From a virus: a DNA stretch of 64,000 nt. How positions within the stretch are numbered: the stretch's first letter is position 1; the number at the start of each line of letters is the position of its first letter. Positions 19,382 to 28,030 of this stretch are shown piece by piece. Made by a program: the position numbers and the translations under genes. The notes under the pieces were generated by a model. It saw only the letters and a program-made list of their open reading frames with translations. It had not been told where the DNA came from and made no database searches. Location of the stretch: IMG/VR virus record IMGVR_UViG_3300024265_000033, positions 1 to 64,000 of that record; one strand, given 5' to 3'.

Positions 19382-19657
19382 TTAGTCTTCTTTTTTGTCC
19401 TTTTTCAAAGACTTTTTTGCTTCTTCGAGCTTTTCAATTTCCGCTTTTAGCTCTTTCCGTTCTTCCCGCATTCGCTTCAAATCGCCCTGATCCCACAGAG
19501 CAGCTTCCATTCTATTCGCCATGGTTTGGGCTTCTTCGACCAAACCGTCTAAATATGAGTAATTACGGGTTTTTCCCGCTTTTCTCATTTCTTCGAGTAC
19601 GTCGCAAAGCGTTCTATTTGGCATTTCTCTCATCCCCTGATAGCGGCGAAACCGCAT
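19382..19657 (-). CDS. hypothetical coiled-coil protein
   Basis: 91 aa (start may be a downstream ATG). Confidence 0.55.
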   Translation of the reverse strand: MRFRRYQGMREMPNRTLCDVLEEMRKAGKTRNYSYLDGLVEEAQTMANRMEAALWDQGDLKRMREERKELKAEIEKLEEAKKSLKKDKKED

Positions 19658-19661
19658 AAAC

Positions 19662-19964
19662 TTACAACGCTTCTGCTCTTAATACCGCTATAGAAGTTCT
19701 CACAAATCTACCAGTAACAGCAATCATGTGTGTTCCGGGAGATAATTCGATTGCATTCTTAGTCGTGACTGAAACAGCTCCTATCGTACTCGTTTTTCCA
19801 AAAGCCAAGTAAGTAAGGGCAGTGACCCTCACTCGAATAACGCTAATTTGCTCACCTACATCTACGGCAGCCGAAGCAAGATCCAATGCTAAAAGACGTT
19901 TCGGAGTTTGTACCATCCCCGTGCTGACTTTGTCAATATTTCCGTTTAATTTTTCGCTGGCCAT
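19662..19964 (-). CDS. small virion structural protein
   Basis: 100 aa beta-rich jelly-roll-like composition. Confidence 0.55.
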   Translation of the reverse strand: MASEKLNGNIDKVSTGMVQTPKRLLALDLASAAVDVGEQISVIRVRVTALTYLAFGKTSTIGAVSVTTKNAIELSPGTHMIAVTGRFVRTSIAVLRAEAL

Positions 19965-19967
19965 TCT

Positions 19968-20258
19968 TTAATCCCCTATTTGGTCTTTCAGTTTACTATT
20001 AAAGTTTCTAATTTCTTTATGTACTTCTTTCAAAAGCAACTTATTATATTCCCTAAATCTTTTTTCGCGGCTATTTATGAAAACTCTTTCGAGATCCCTA
20101 CAATTCTGTTTTTCGTCCGAGAATTGCAACATAGCTTTGGGCTCATCCCTTCGAGCATCAATAACTATCCTGCATCCGACCCACTTAATGCCTTCCAGCA
20201 TCAAATAAGCTCCTAGATCCAGATTGTGAGTCTCGAAGATTTTCTTTTCAAAATCCAC
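19968..20258 (-). CDS. DUF5659-like small protein
   Basis: FETHNLDLGAYL motif typical of this phage family. Confidence 0.55.
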   Translation of the reverse strand: MDFEKKIFETHNLDLGAYLMLEGIKWVGCRIVIDARRDEPKAMLQFSDEKQNCRDLERVFINSREKRFREYNKLLLKEVHKEIRNFNSKLKDQIGD

Positions 20259-20260
20259 GA

Positions 20261-20590
20261 TTACTCCTTGGCTTTAGCTTCCTCAGCTTTTTTAGCCTTT
20301 TTCTCAGCTCGTTTCTGCGCAGCATCTTCTTTTTTCTTCTTTTTATCCCGCTCAGCTTTTTTCTTCTTCGCTTCTGCTAGGGCTTCTGCGTGAGTCTTCT
20401 CTTTTGGAGCTTCCTCTTTAGGCTTCTCCTCGGATTTGGCCTCTTCAGCCTTCATTTCCGCAGGTTCTTCCTTTTTTCGCTCTTTGCCCATCTCTTCACA
20501 AGAATCGCACAACCAACTTTTCATGTCACCCGGTTTGAGATTTTGGAATTTCATCTTCCTCTCACAACCGTCACACTTCATTTCTAACAT
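20261..20590 (-). CDS. Zn-ribbon protein with K/E-rich tail
   Basis: CDGC...CDSC then K/E/A low-complexity tail; TGCTATAAT and GAGGAG upstream. Confidence 0.6.
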   Translation of the reverse strand: MLEMKCDGCERKMKFQNLKPGDMKSWLCDSCEEMGKERKKEEPAEMKAEEAKSEEKPKEEAPKEKTHAEALAEAKKKKAERDKKKKKEDAAQKRAEKKAKKAEEAKAKE

Positions 20591-20701
20591 ATCGTTTTCT
20601 CCTCTAAATCTAGTTCGTATTGAACTTAGATATATTATAGCATTTGGGGAGATATACCTTTTGGAAGGCTATTGGAGGATATTAGTGAATACTAGCAGAT
20701 A

Positions 20702-21157
20702 TTACTTCAGTTTTCTCTTCGTCCATAGAATGGGAGTGACTTCTTCGTCACATTCGGGGCACTGGTATCGGCCCTTGGAATTCTTCTCAGAACGCATATG
20801 GGTACATGATTTGACCTCTATGCCGTCCTTTTTAAGGTTTATGAGGTAGGGCATGAGGCCTTCTCCCCGCATATAGTCGTGAGTGGCCTGTACGAAGCAG
20901 TAGGCACGCGCTAGATCGCCGTTATAGCGAAATTGCTCGCCTCCTAAGCCGGATCGGGGATCGAGATCAACCATTATTTGAACTGCTCGGGATTGGATGG
21001 CATTTACAGCATATTTATCCCAATACCGGATTTCTTCCATTAATCCCAATTCATTTTCCATGAAATTAGACAATAGGCGGATCTTGGAACTTTGCTCCAT
21101 ATCCTCCATATCATTAAGCAATGTGGCTAATTTTGTTTTAAGATTATGTTTTGACAC
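20702..21157 (-). CDS. hypothetical protein with C-terminal Zn ribbon
   Basis: 151 aa; CTH...YQCPEC. Confidence 0.55.
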   Translation of the reverse strand: MSKHNLKTKLATLLNDMEDMEQSSKIRLLSNFMENELGLMEEIRYWDKYAVNAIQSRAVQIMVDLDPRSGLGGEQFRYNGDLARAYCFVQATHDYMRGEGLMPYLINLKKDGIEVKSCTHMRSEKNSKGRYQCPECDEEVTPILWTKRKLK

Positions 21158-21555
21158 TACTTCACTTCCTCGTCTTCTATTATAAACGATTCCAGCAATT
21201 TAGGCAAGGCGTGGCCATCTCCTTGCACAGCCACAATGAAGTTGAGGGATACGAAGTCTCGAATTCTTCGGTAAGACTTTTGCACGAAATCTACGGTTAG
21301 GTTCTGACTCGTTGTGTCGGCTCCTACCAGATAATAGTCATAAATACTGTGGTCTAGGACTTTGTAAAACCCGACCATAGTCATGAGCTTTATGTGGCCG
21401 CGCTTGAAGGGCTCTCTAGTGACGAAAAGCACATTTATGGGGTACCCTTCGGGGGACTTCGCGCCTACGACCTCTCCGAGCACACAAGGGGTTGTGGAGC
21501 CTTTCGTGCCGTATGTTAGATTGGGGGCTGCTAACATCCGTATGAGGGCTCTCAT
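21157..21555 (-). CDS. degenerate inorganic pyrophosphatase-like protein
   Basis: SPEGYPINVLFVTREPFKRGHIKLMTMVGFYKVLD...DYYLVG parallels family I PPase DGDPLDVLV...P..PG......IG....D...D.KI but acidic metal ligands are replaced. Confidence 0.5.
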   Translation of the reverse strand: MRALIRMLAAPNLTYGTKGSTTPCVLGEVVGAKSPEGYPINVLFVTREPFKRGHIKLMTMVGFYKVLDHSIYDYYLVGADTTSQNLTVDFVQKSYRRIRDFVSLNFIVAVQGDGHALPKLLESFIIEDEEVK

Positions 21556-21815
21556 GCGGACATCTTACTTTCTATATCCCACTGAGACTGATATTCAGAG
21601 AAGATAAAAGTGCCGTTTATTCCAAAATCTGCATAATTATGTCCATCGATCTCCATACTTATAATAGCCCTTTCCACTTCATTCAGAGAGATCTTCAACT
21701 GCTTCGCTTTAGAACACAGGCTTCGTAAATTACTACAATGATAGTGTTTTTTCTCCAGGGGGTCTGTTATGACATATGTCAAAAAGTTCAACCAAATTAT
21801 TTTAACCATAATCAC
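21552..21815 (-). CDS. hypothetical protein
   Basis: 87 aa, 4-bp overlaps with both neighbours. Confidence 0.5.
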   Translation of the reverse strand: MIMVKIIWLNFLTYVITDPLEKKHYHCSNLRSLCSKAKQLKISLNEVERAIISMEIDGHNYADFGINGTFIFSEYQSQWDIESKMSA

Positions 21816-22468
21816 GTCTCCCAGTTTATCGGGTTCATTCCCGAAGACTTCAAATGCATGTTTATTTTAGAGAAATGTCCGCATTTGAAAAAACCTCTAG
21901 ATGCAGACAGGGGGGATGGGTGCGCAGCCGTCAAAACTATGTGACGTTTTCCATCTATTAGCTTTTGCTTTTTTTTGGCCCAATTACCCCAAAGTACGAA
22001 TATAATTGAATTTTTTTGGTCACTAACCGCTTTTATTACCTTATCTGTGAAAATTTCCCATCCTACGCCCCCGTGCGACCCCGGTCGGCCCGCTTCTACC
22101 GTGAGACATGTGTTGAGTAGGAGAACGCCTTGTTCGGCCCACGGAGTGAGATCTCCGGACGTACAGAGGATGCCTGTGTCATTTTGGAGTTCTTTGAAAA
22201 TATTTCGCAAAGAGGACGGAAGGGGTGTGTCCGGATTGACAGAAAAACAAAGCCCATTCGCTTGCGCTTCTCCGTGGTAGGGGTCTTGACCGATAATGAC
22301 CACTTTTACTCTATCTAGGGGTGTTAGCTCTAAAGCCGTAAATATCAAATCAATATCGGGACAAATAGTAAAATCTTGACCCCGTTCTTCTAAATACCCC
22401 ATGATTTTTTGCATATAGCGTTTCCCAAACTCGCATTTCATAAAGTATTCCCATGATTTAGCCTGCAT
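21812..22468 (-). CDS. ung: uracil-DNA glycosylase (family 1)
   Basis: IIGQDPYH, GLCFS, SLRNIFKEL, GVLLLN, HPSPLS. Confidence 0.97.
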   Translation of the reverse strand: MQAKSWEYFMKCEFGKRYMQKIMGYLEERGQDFTICPDIDLIFTALELTPLDRVKVVIIGQDPYHGEAQANGLCFSVNPDTPLPSSLRNIFKELQNDTGILCTSGDLTPWAEQGVLLLNTCLTVEAGRPGSHGGVGWEIFTDKVIKAVSDQKNSIIFVLWGNWAKKKQKLIDGKRHIVLTAAHPSPLSASRGFFKCGHFSKINMHLKSSGMNPINWET

Positions 22469-23297
22469 TTTGCCCCTTTCTCCAGCGTGCCATAATCTCT
22501 TTTAGATCCAAATCTTGATTAAATAGCTTTGCTTTTGATTTGATTTCCTCCCATTTTTCCTTTCGCTTAGTCTCATTATCCGCCAAAAACATCTCATCAA
22601 TCATGCCGTCTAATCGGTCTTGGATTTTCCGGTGTATGATTTTTTCGAATGGCATTTTTTGGCCAGAATAGTCTTTTAAGATATTTTCGGAAGGAACCCC
22701 GAATTTCGAATCAATCTCCCTTTTCATTTTTCTGATTATGGCCGGATCATAATTCACAATATCGTCAGATTTTTCAATAATCCCGGAAGAACCTTTTTGA
22801 AACACCGGTACTGAAGTAGGGGTATCAAAGCCTCCTGAAAAAATAATCGACTTGGTATCTGCGTAATTTCTCTTCAAGAACTCAACCAACTTCAGACCAT
22901 TAGGCCCGGGCATGGAATAATCAATTACAGCCAAATCCACAATGGTTTCAGTCATGTCAAGCCGTCGTAGTTGCGCCATAGCCTCTTTTACCGAACCGGA
23001 CTCAAAAACTTGATATCCTTTGGTTTCAAAAGAAAATCTGAGAACCTCCCGTAAAGCCGCATCATCGTCTACAATCAAAACCGTTTTTTTCCGCTTTTCT
23101 CGTAATTGCTTGAAATGGACCTTACCACTTTCTAGATCTTCAATTATTTCGATGGCATTGTTTATGTTGAAGCCCCGTTTTGTTAGCCACTCGGTCATGG
23201 CTGGGGATTCCGTCCAATTTCTGATTAGGGGTATAATCTCGGAAGTTTCTATCCCGACTTCCTGAAATTTCCCCAGTTCTAGATATACCCTTAACAT
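22458..23297 (-). CDS. receiver (REC) domain protein with unknown flanking domains
   Basis: VLIVDDD...LAVIDYSMPGPNG...IIFSG...FQK in the centre of a 279-aa protein. Confidence 0.85.
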   Translation of the reverse strand: MLRVYLELGKFQEVGIETSEIIPLIRNWTESPAMTEWLTKRGFNINNAIEIIEDLESGKVHFKQLREKRKKTVLIVDDDAALREVLRFSFETKGYQVFESGSVKEAMAQLRRLDMTETIVDLAVIDYSMPGPNGLKLVEFLKRNYADTKSIIFSGGFDTPTSVPVFQKGSSGIIEKSDDIVNYDPAIIRKMKREIDSKFGVPSENILKDYSGQKMPFEKIIHRKIQDRLDGMIDEMFLADNETKRKEKWEEIKSKAKLFNQDLDLKEIMARWRKGQNAG

Positions 23298-23330
23298 AAT
23301 ATTTCTCCTCCTGCCGACGTTCTACTTTTA

Positions 23331-23359
23331 ATCCTACGATAAATAACGGTTTTTGTCAA
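23331..23359 (-). promoter_or_regulatory. sigma70-type promoter for the REC-ung operon
   Basis: TTGACA-17 nt-TAGGAT on the minus strand. Confidence 0.7.
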
Positions 23360-23363
23360 CTAT

Positions 23364-23585
23364 TTAATTCATTTGGTCCGAGGTGCGGTTACATTTGACA
23401 CAGTACAATCTCGTTACTCCTGTGTGCTCGCCCCTAGGTCCCAATATAACTTTCTCTCCCCACTTATGAACTTCTGGGGGAATTTTGTTGTAACATGCCG
23501 TATTGTCTTGGGAATTTTTCCCAAAAACAGCGTTCATGGTAACAGCCGCGAGCACTCCGAATAATAATACGATTATAACTTCCAT
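23364..23585 (-). CDS. small membrane protein with Zn-binding C-terminus
   Basis: MEVIIVLLFGVLAAV TM; C...HKW...CVKC; GGAG RBS. Confidence 0.55.
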   Translation of the reverse strand: MEVIIVLLFGVLAAVTMNAVFGKNSQDNTACYNKIPPEVHKWGEKVILGPRGEHTGVTRLYCVKCNRTSDQMN

Positions 23586-23586
23586 A

Positions 23587-24333
23587 TTATTCTCCTGCGA
23601 ATTCTGCGTGAATACCTTCCTTCTCAAACCACTCTTCAATGAATTGAGTTACGAAATCATGATCCACATCAAATCGAATCCGGATGTCGTCCGTGCATTT
23701 TTGCTTGATAAGGCTCAATAGATCCTCATCTCTAGGTAGTCCGTTGAAAGAATTGTAGCAAGCGTGCATTCGTTCTGTGGCTATATAGAGATTGAAAGTA
23801 GGTTTCTCCGGATCTCTATTCAAAGATATAGGTTTCTCCGGATCTCTATTCAAAGATATAAGTTTAGTTTCTCCCGTTTCCGGATCTGTGCCGAAAAGTT
23901 GAACATTCTTTACAATCACTCCTTTTCGAGGCGGGGTTCCTGCAGGAGGCTCTTCTAAAATAACTTCATTGTCGTGATCTGCAGCATCTAATTGAGCGTT
24001 AAGCCCCAGAAAGTCGATCCCGGCGGGATCTATGCTTTCTCCGGGAGAATCGAGAGGCACTTTGCCTACAATAGTGTAGAAGTCTGATCCATATCCATCG
24101 GATACTTGGACTCTATCTCCGGGTTTGAAATTATGCGCCGAATGCCCTAGCATTTTCTGGAGTTCTTCAAACTCAATCATGAGATCGCTATTTTCGTCCA
24201 CTTCAACCTTACATTCCCGGCACCAAAAATAGTAGTCTGATTCTTCGATAGGACCGTAGGCCTTAGCGTGGGCTCTCACCACGTTTTCGTTCTCCAGACA
24301 TTTTGGACACTTTGGCATTTTTTCGTTTTCCAT
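23587..24333 (-). CDS. hypothetical protein with N-terminal Zn ribbon
   Basis: 248 aa; CPKC...CREC; internal ISLNRDPEKP duplication. Confidence 0.65.
   Translation of the reverse strand: MENEKMPKCPKCLENENVVRAHAKAYGPIEESDYYFWCRECKVEVDENSDLMIEFEELQKMLGHSAHNFKPGDRVQVSDGYGSDFYTIVGKVPLDSPGESIDPAGIDFLGLNAQLDAADHDNEVILEEPPAGTPPRKGVIVKNVQLFGTDPETGETKLISLNRDPEKPISLNRDPEKPTFNLYIATERMHACYNSFNGLPRDEDLLSLIKQKCTDDIRIRFDVDHDFVTQFIEEWFEKEGIHAEFAGE
23799..23860. repeat. 30-bp in-frame tandem duplication
   Basis: taggtttctccggatctctattcaaagata x2. Confidence 0.9.
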
Positions 24334-24424
24334 CGAGAAATCTCCTTACTAAATATGTCCCGCCGACTATCAATCCGCCGGGTATAAAAATTAAACCTAA
24401 GCCAATAATCAATACCTTAATCAT
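24263..24424 (-). CDS. small membrane protein (not in ORF track)
   Basis: 53 aa MIKVLIIGLGLIFIPGGLIVGGTYLVRR... Confidence 0.45.
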   Translation of the reverse strand: MIKVLIIGLGLIFIPGGLIVGGTYLVRRFLDGKRKNAKVSKMSGERKRGESPR

Positions 24425-24444
24425 ACCATCTCACACCCTTGGTT

Positions 24445-24486
24445 AAAAAATGGCCCCGTCCACCGAAAGGTGAGTGAACGGGGCCT
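24445..24486 (-). terminator. rho-independent terminator after the Rrf2 gene
   Basis: GGCCCCGT...ACGGGGCC stem followed by a T-run on the minus strand. Confidence 0.75.
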
Positions 24487-24496
24487 ACCGCATTTA

Positions 24497-24889
24497 CTAA
24501 GCGGTGTCTCCCCCGTGATTATCATTTACCGGAGGCGTAACAGGCGTTCCATACGGAATCGTAGAAACGGGAGTTCCGACAAGGGCCTGTGTGACCAATG
24601 CCTGAACTTTCGCGCTGTTTGTCTCCAGATCAGATACCGTCGAGGTAACTCCTAGAACAGTGATTACTTGGTTGAAATTTGGAGCAAAAGACTCGGGGTT
24701 TAGCGATACTCCGCCCCCGGGACCTTTTTTGACTGTGATTAAACTAGCAGCTCGTAAATCTCTTACGATTTGCTGAAGAAAATCCTCAGTCGTCCCCAAA
24801 TATGTGGCAAGTACAGCCACAGTCAATGGTTCAGTTCCTAGGAAATGGAATAAGTCCAATCCCAGTTTTTGCTTTTTACTCAGTTTCAT
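24497..24889 (-). CDS. Rrf2-family transcriptional regulator
   Basis: MKLS...LATYLGTTEDFLQQIVRDLRAASLITVKKGPGGGVSL wHTH signature; no Cys in the protein. Confidence 0.85.
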   Translation of the reverse strand: MKLSKKQKLGLDLFHFLGTEPLTVAVLATYLGTTEDFLQQIVRDLRAASLITVKKGPGGGVSLNPESFAPNFNQVITVLGVTSTVSDLETNSAKVQALVTQALVGTPVSTIPYGTPVTPPVNDNHGGDTA

Positions 24890-24954
24890 AGCATTTCTCC
24901 TCCATTAATGGTGTTAAATCAACCCATTGTGGGCAGATTCATAGCTATGGTCTA

Positions 24955-24983
24955 AATATAGCAAAAAGAGGGCCAGAAGTCAA
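24955..24983 (-). promoter_or_regulatory. sigma70-type promoter for the Rrf2 gene
   Basis: TTGACT-17 nt-TATATT with TG extension. Confidence 0.7.
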
Positions 24984-25056
24984 GTATATAATAGGGAATT
25001 TAGGTAGGGTTATAAAGGTATGAAACTACTCAATTATTACATATTACAATATGTAA

Positions 25057-25092
25057 TAAAAAAGGCCCCCTAAGTTTCCCTAGGAGGCCTTT
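25057..25092 (-). terminator. rho-independent terminator after the major capsid gene
   Basis: AGGCCTCCTAGG-GAAA-CTTAGGGGGCCT then TTTTT. Confidence 0.9.
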
Positions 25093-25120
25093 ACGAAAGG
25101 AGGGTTAAATCAGATCAATC

Positions 25121-26539
25121 TTATGCAGATTGGATTCCGATATTCTTCACGATTGCGTGTTTCCTTGGAGCCTGAATCACAATCATTCCATATAGCAACT
25201 GGAGCCATCTGTATGAAGTGTCAGTAACAGCAAGGTCATACTTAATCATGCTTCCGAGTTGTCGGAAGACGAGAGTATCAGGATCGTGCATAAGCAAGTA
25301 TGCGCTTCCTAGACCGGGTTCCTTCTCATTGAAGTCGATATCATGAGTTGAGCCAGATCCGCCGGGAGCGACTCGACCAATGAATTCAGCTTCGCCTGTT
25401 TGGTCATCTTTCGCAGTACGGAAGATGTTCAGGTAAAGAGGGCTGCCTGTGTAGGTGATATCCGAAGTTACTTTGTCGCCTGCAGAAACTGCAATCGCGG
25501 CAAGAGCACTCGCTTCAGTTTCTCCGTCTGCGTAAACAGAAGAGACTCTGTAGCCATAAGTTCCGGCATCATCAGCCGTGAACTTCGAATCTCCATCAGA
25601 AGGCGATGCTTCTGAAGCAGTCGTTGGAGCACCTGTGGCTGAAATCGCAGAAGCCAAAGGCTCTCTACGAGGACGGTTGAAAAGGTTCGGCTTAAATCGG
25701 AAGTTCAAAGAACCTACGAATTCAGGAACCAAATAACCAGCCGCAGTTCGATCTCCGGGCCTAGTTCGCTCTTTAGCGTAGAACGCCTTAGAGAATCGGC
25801 TATGGATATCAGTGGACAAGTACATGTCCATTGGCATACCGAAGTTGTTTAGAGCTGTAAGAACGGCGTCCTCACAAGTATCTTCATCAAGAACGTCTCC
25901 GCCTCTGTCGAGGATTACGCTATCAGAAGAACCGGCTCCATTAAAACCTTGGAATGCGGTTGATTTGAACTTAGAATTTGACTCGTTTGCACGAATTTGC
26001 TTTTCAATTCCATCATACTCAAGAGCATTGATGTCAGAGTCAGCATCAAACATGGCGCGTTCGTTTCGAGCCAAAAGTTCGATTGTTTTGTTTTTTACTT
26101 CGCGTGCAACAACTGGACCGTGAGCCGCTTGGATCAAGGTAAGGTTGTGCTGAACTTGCCCTTGAGTACCTAGGTACTTAACGATAGCAACTTCACGATT
26201 GTACTGAGCGTCAGTCGCCTGAGGCACTCCGCCGATTTGGAAGAACACTGGAACTTCCGAACCGTAAGAGTTCTGGACGTTGAACTCATGCACAGTCTGC
26301 GTTTGTTTTTCTTTGATAATATCTTTCCACAGTTTGAGATGTTCCATGCCGTGGGTAACGAGCTTCAAAGTTCGGTCGAGGTCCTCAACTGCGAGAGCTG
26401 CACCGCCAGAGAGATCTCCGGGTAGGGTTGTAGCATATTCGCCGCCAATTGACAACGCCTTCTGAAGGTCATTGACCTCTTCCGCGCTATGGACTCCAAA
26501 ACCTGAGAGGGCTGGATTTCCACTTCCTAAATCATTCAT
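25121..26539 (-). CDS. major capsid protein (SPO1/A511/K-like)
   Basis: 472 aa; LQKALS...GGAALAVEDLD, VHEFN, VKYLG, LEYDGI; follows protease and scaffold; AAGGAG RBS and strong terminator. Confidence 0.93.
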   Translation of the reverse strand: MNDLGSGNPALSGFGVHSAEEVNDLQKALSIGGEYATTLPGDLSGGAALAVEDLDRTLKLVTHGMEHLKLWKDIIKEKQTQTVHEFNVQNSYGSEVPVFFQIGGVPQATDAQYNREVAIVKYLGTQGQVQHNLTLIQAAHGPVVAREVKNKTIELLARNERAMFDADSDINALEYDGIEKQIRANESNSKFKSTAFQGFNGAGSSDSVILDRGGDVLDEDTCEDAVLTALNNFGMPMDMYLSTDIHSRFSKAFYAKERTRPGDRTAAGYLVPEFVGSLNFRFKPNLFNRPRREPLASAISATGAPTTASEASPSDGDSKFTADDAGTYGYRVSSVYADGETEASALAAIAVSAGDKVTSDITYTGSPLYLNIFRTAKDDQTGEAEFIGRVAPGGSGSTHDIDFNEKEPGLGSAYLLMHDPDTLVFRQLGSMIKYDLAVTDTSYRWLQLLYGMIVIQAPRKHAIVKNIGIQSA

Positions 26540-26663
26540 TTAATTACTCCTTAAAAGTATGTTTATTAAAACTATTTTCTTAACTTCGAGCGTTTTGCTC
26601 TAAAAGTAGGAGTATTTTTGAAAAGGGTTCCTACTGTAATCAGTGACCCTTTGTATGACTATT

Positions 26664-26672
26664 ATTATAGCC
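26664..26672 (-). promoter_or_regulatory. -10-only (late-type) promoter for the major capsid gene
   Basis: GGCTATAAT about 125 nt upstream of the ATG, no TTGACA at 17 nt. Confidence 0.55.
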
Positions 26673-26682
26673 TAAAACTTAA

Positions 26683-27552
26683 TTACTTTTTTCTAAGCTG
26701 CTTTTCGAGCAATTTTCGGGCTTGAGGATCTTGGATGCTTCCAGAATCATCTAGCTCAATTGCATGCTCAATGTTGAAGCCGGGAGTTTGGGATTTAACC
26801 AACTCATCAGCCGCATCCTGCATATCTTCCATAGTAAATTCATTAGCTTTGGCTTTCTGAAGCTCTTCTTGCTCAGCTCCACCGAAACTCTTTTCCATGG
26901 CATGGATATTATCCACAGACTTTCGTCTCTGGGGCTTAGAAGCAATAGCTTTTACAAGCTCTTGCGTTTCCTGTAAAGATTTTCTCAGCTCTTCATTCTC
27001 GGCCTGAGAAGCTTTAGTGGCTTCTGCAACGGCAGATTTAATAAGATCTGACTGTTTTTCTTCAACTTTTTTGAGTTCTTCGTCTTTAATGGCCTTAATT
27101 GAATCAGCTTTGGCTTTCTGAAGAATTTCGTAGTCTTCTTTAGAGACTTCTACTTTGTCCTCAGCTTTTGCTTCAGTTTCAGATTTGACCATGGCACCAT
27201 TTGCAGAAATTTCAGGAGTTTTCTTCTGTTCTTTCTGAATATGGTCATAGCCTTTTGCTCGGCTGCCATCTTCGTCAGAGTTAGGAACGTCTTGAACTTC
27301 TTTAGGGCGACCATTTTCGCCTTCTTTTTCCTGCTTAGCTTTTTTGGGCTTTTCGCCTTCGTCAGCGGTTTGTTTGCCGGGGCCAGCATCAGAACCGTCT
27401 TTCATTAAGCTAGACTTTTTTCCACCTTCATATACCGGTGCAGCTTTCTCGACTGACTCGCCAGAACTTTCAGGAGCTTCTACGGGTTCCGCTTCTGTGG
27501 CAAAAAGCTCGTCGATCTTTGCATCGATAGATTTTTTTAATTCTTTATCCAT
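26683..27552 (-). CDS. capsid scaffolding protein
   Basis: 289 aa acidic coiled coil between protease and capsid genes; repeated LxKS / LxKA; KPQRRKSV. Confidence 0.75.
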   Translation of the reverse strand: MDKELKKSIDAKIDELFATEAEPVEAPESSGESVEKAAPVYEGGKKSSLMKDGSDAGPGKQTADEGEKPKKAKQEKEGENGRPKEVQDVPNSDEDGSRAKGYDHIQKEQKKTPEISANGAMVKSETEAKAEDKVEVSKEDYEILQKAKADSIKAIKDEELKKVEEKQSDLIKSAVAEATKASQAENEELRKSLQETQELVKAIASKPQRRKSVDNIHAMEKSFGGAEQEELQKAKANEFTMEDMQDAADELVKSQTPGFNIEHAIELDDSGSIQDPQARKLLEKQLRKK

Positions 27553-27577
27553 TGTCTTTAGCTCCTTAAATATAAAA

Positions 27578-27967
27578 TTACTTCAAGTCAACTTTTGCAA
27601 GAGCTTTAGCTCTAGAAACAGTAACTCGAATTTCAGCACCTGCGCCGGGATCTGCACTCCATACTCCCGTTAGAGCGTCATCTGCTTGAGTATTAAAACC
27701 AAGAAGAGGTAAACTATTACCTCCATCTACTTCTTGCGAAACAGCTAGAATTTGATCCGTCGCTAAAAGACCTGTCACAGTCATAGCTTCTGTGGCTCCT
27801 CCGCCAGACCCTGCGGCTGACAAAATTGAAATAATCTGTCCATCAGAATTCAAATCATCGATAATTTCATCTTGTTTTTTTAACATGCCCTGCTCAGCCG
27901 ATTTGGGAGCAATCGTATTATCGAAACGATTCTGACTGTTATCTTGTCTACCTTTACTTGTACTCAT
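27578..27967 (-). CDS. capsid decoration / minor head protein
   Basis: 129 aa; short helix then beta domain (TVTGLLATDQIL) in the head operon. Confidence 0.55.
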   Translation of the reverse strand: MSTSKGRQDNSQNRFDNTIAPKSAEQGMLKKQDEIIDDLNSDGQIISILSAAGSGGGATEAMTVTGLLATDQILAVSQEVDGGNSLPLLGFNTQADDALTGVWSADPGAGAEIRVTVSRAKALAKVDLK

Positions 27968-28030
27968 TTTTCAATACCCCTTTAATTTTCAAGTTCCTTA
28001 TATAATAATAACACTATCCACAAACTTATT

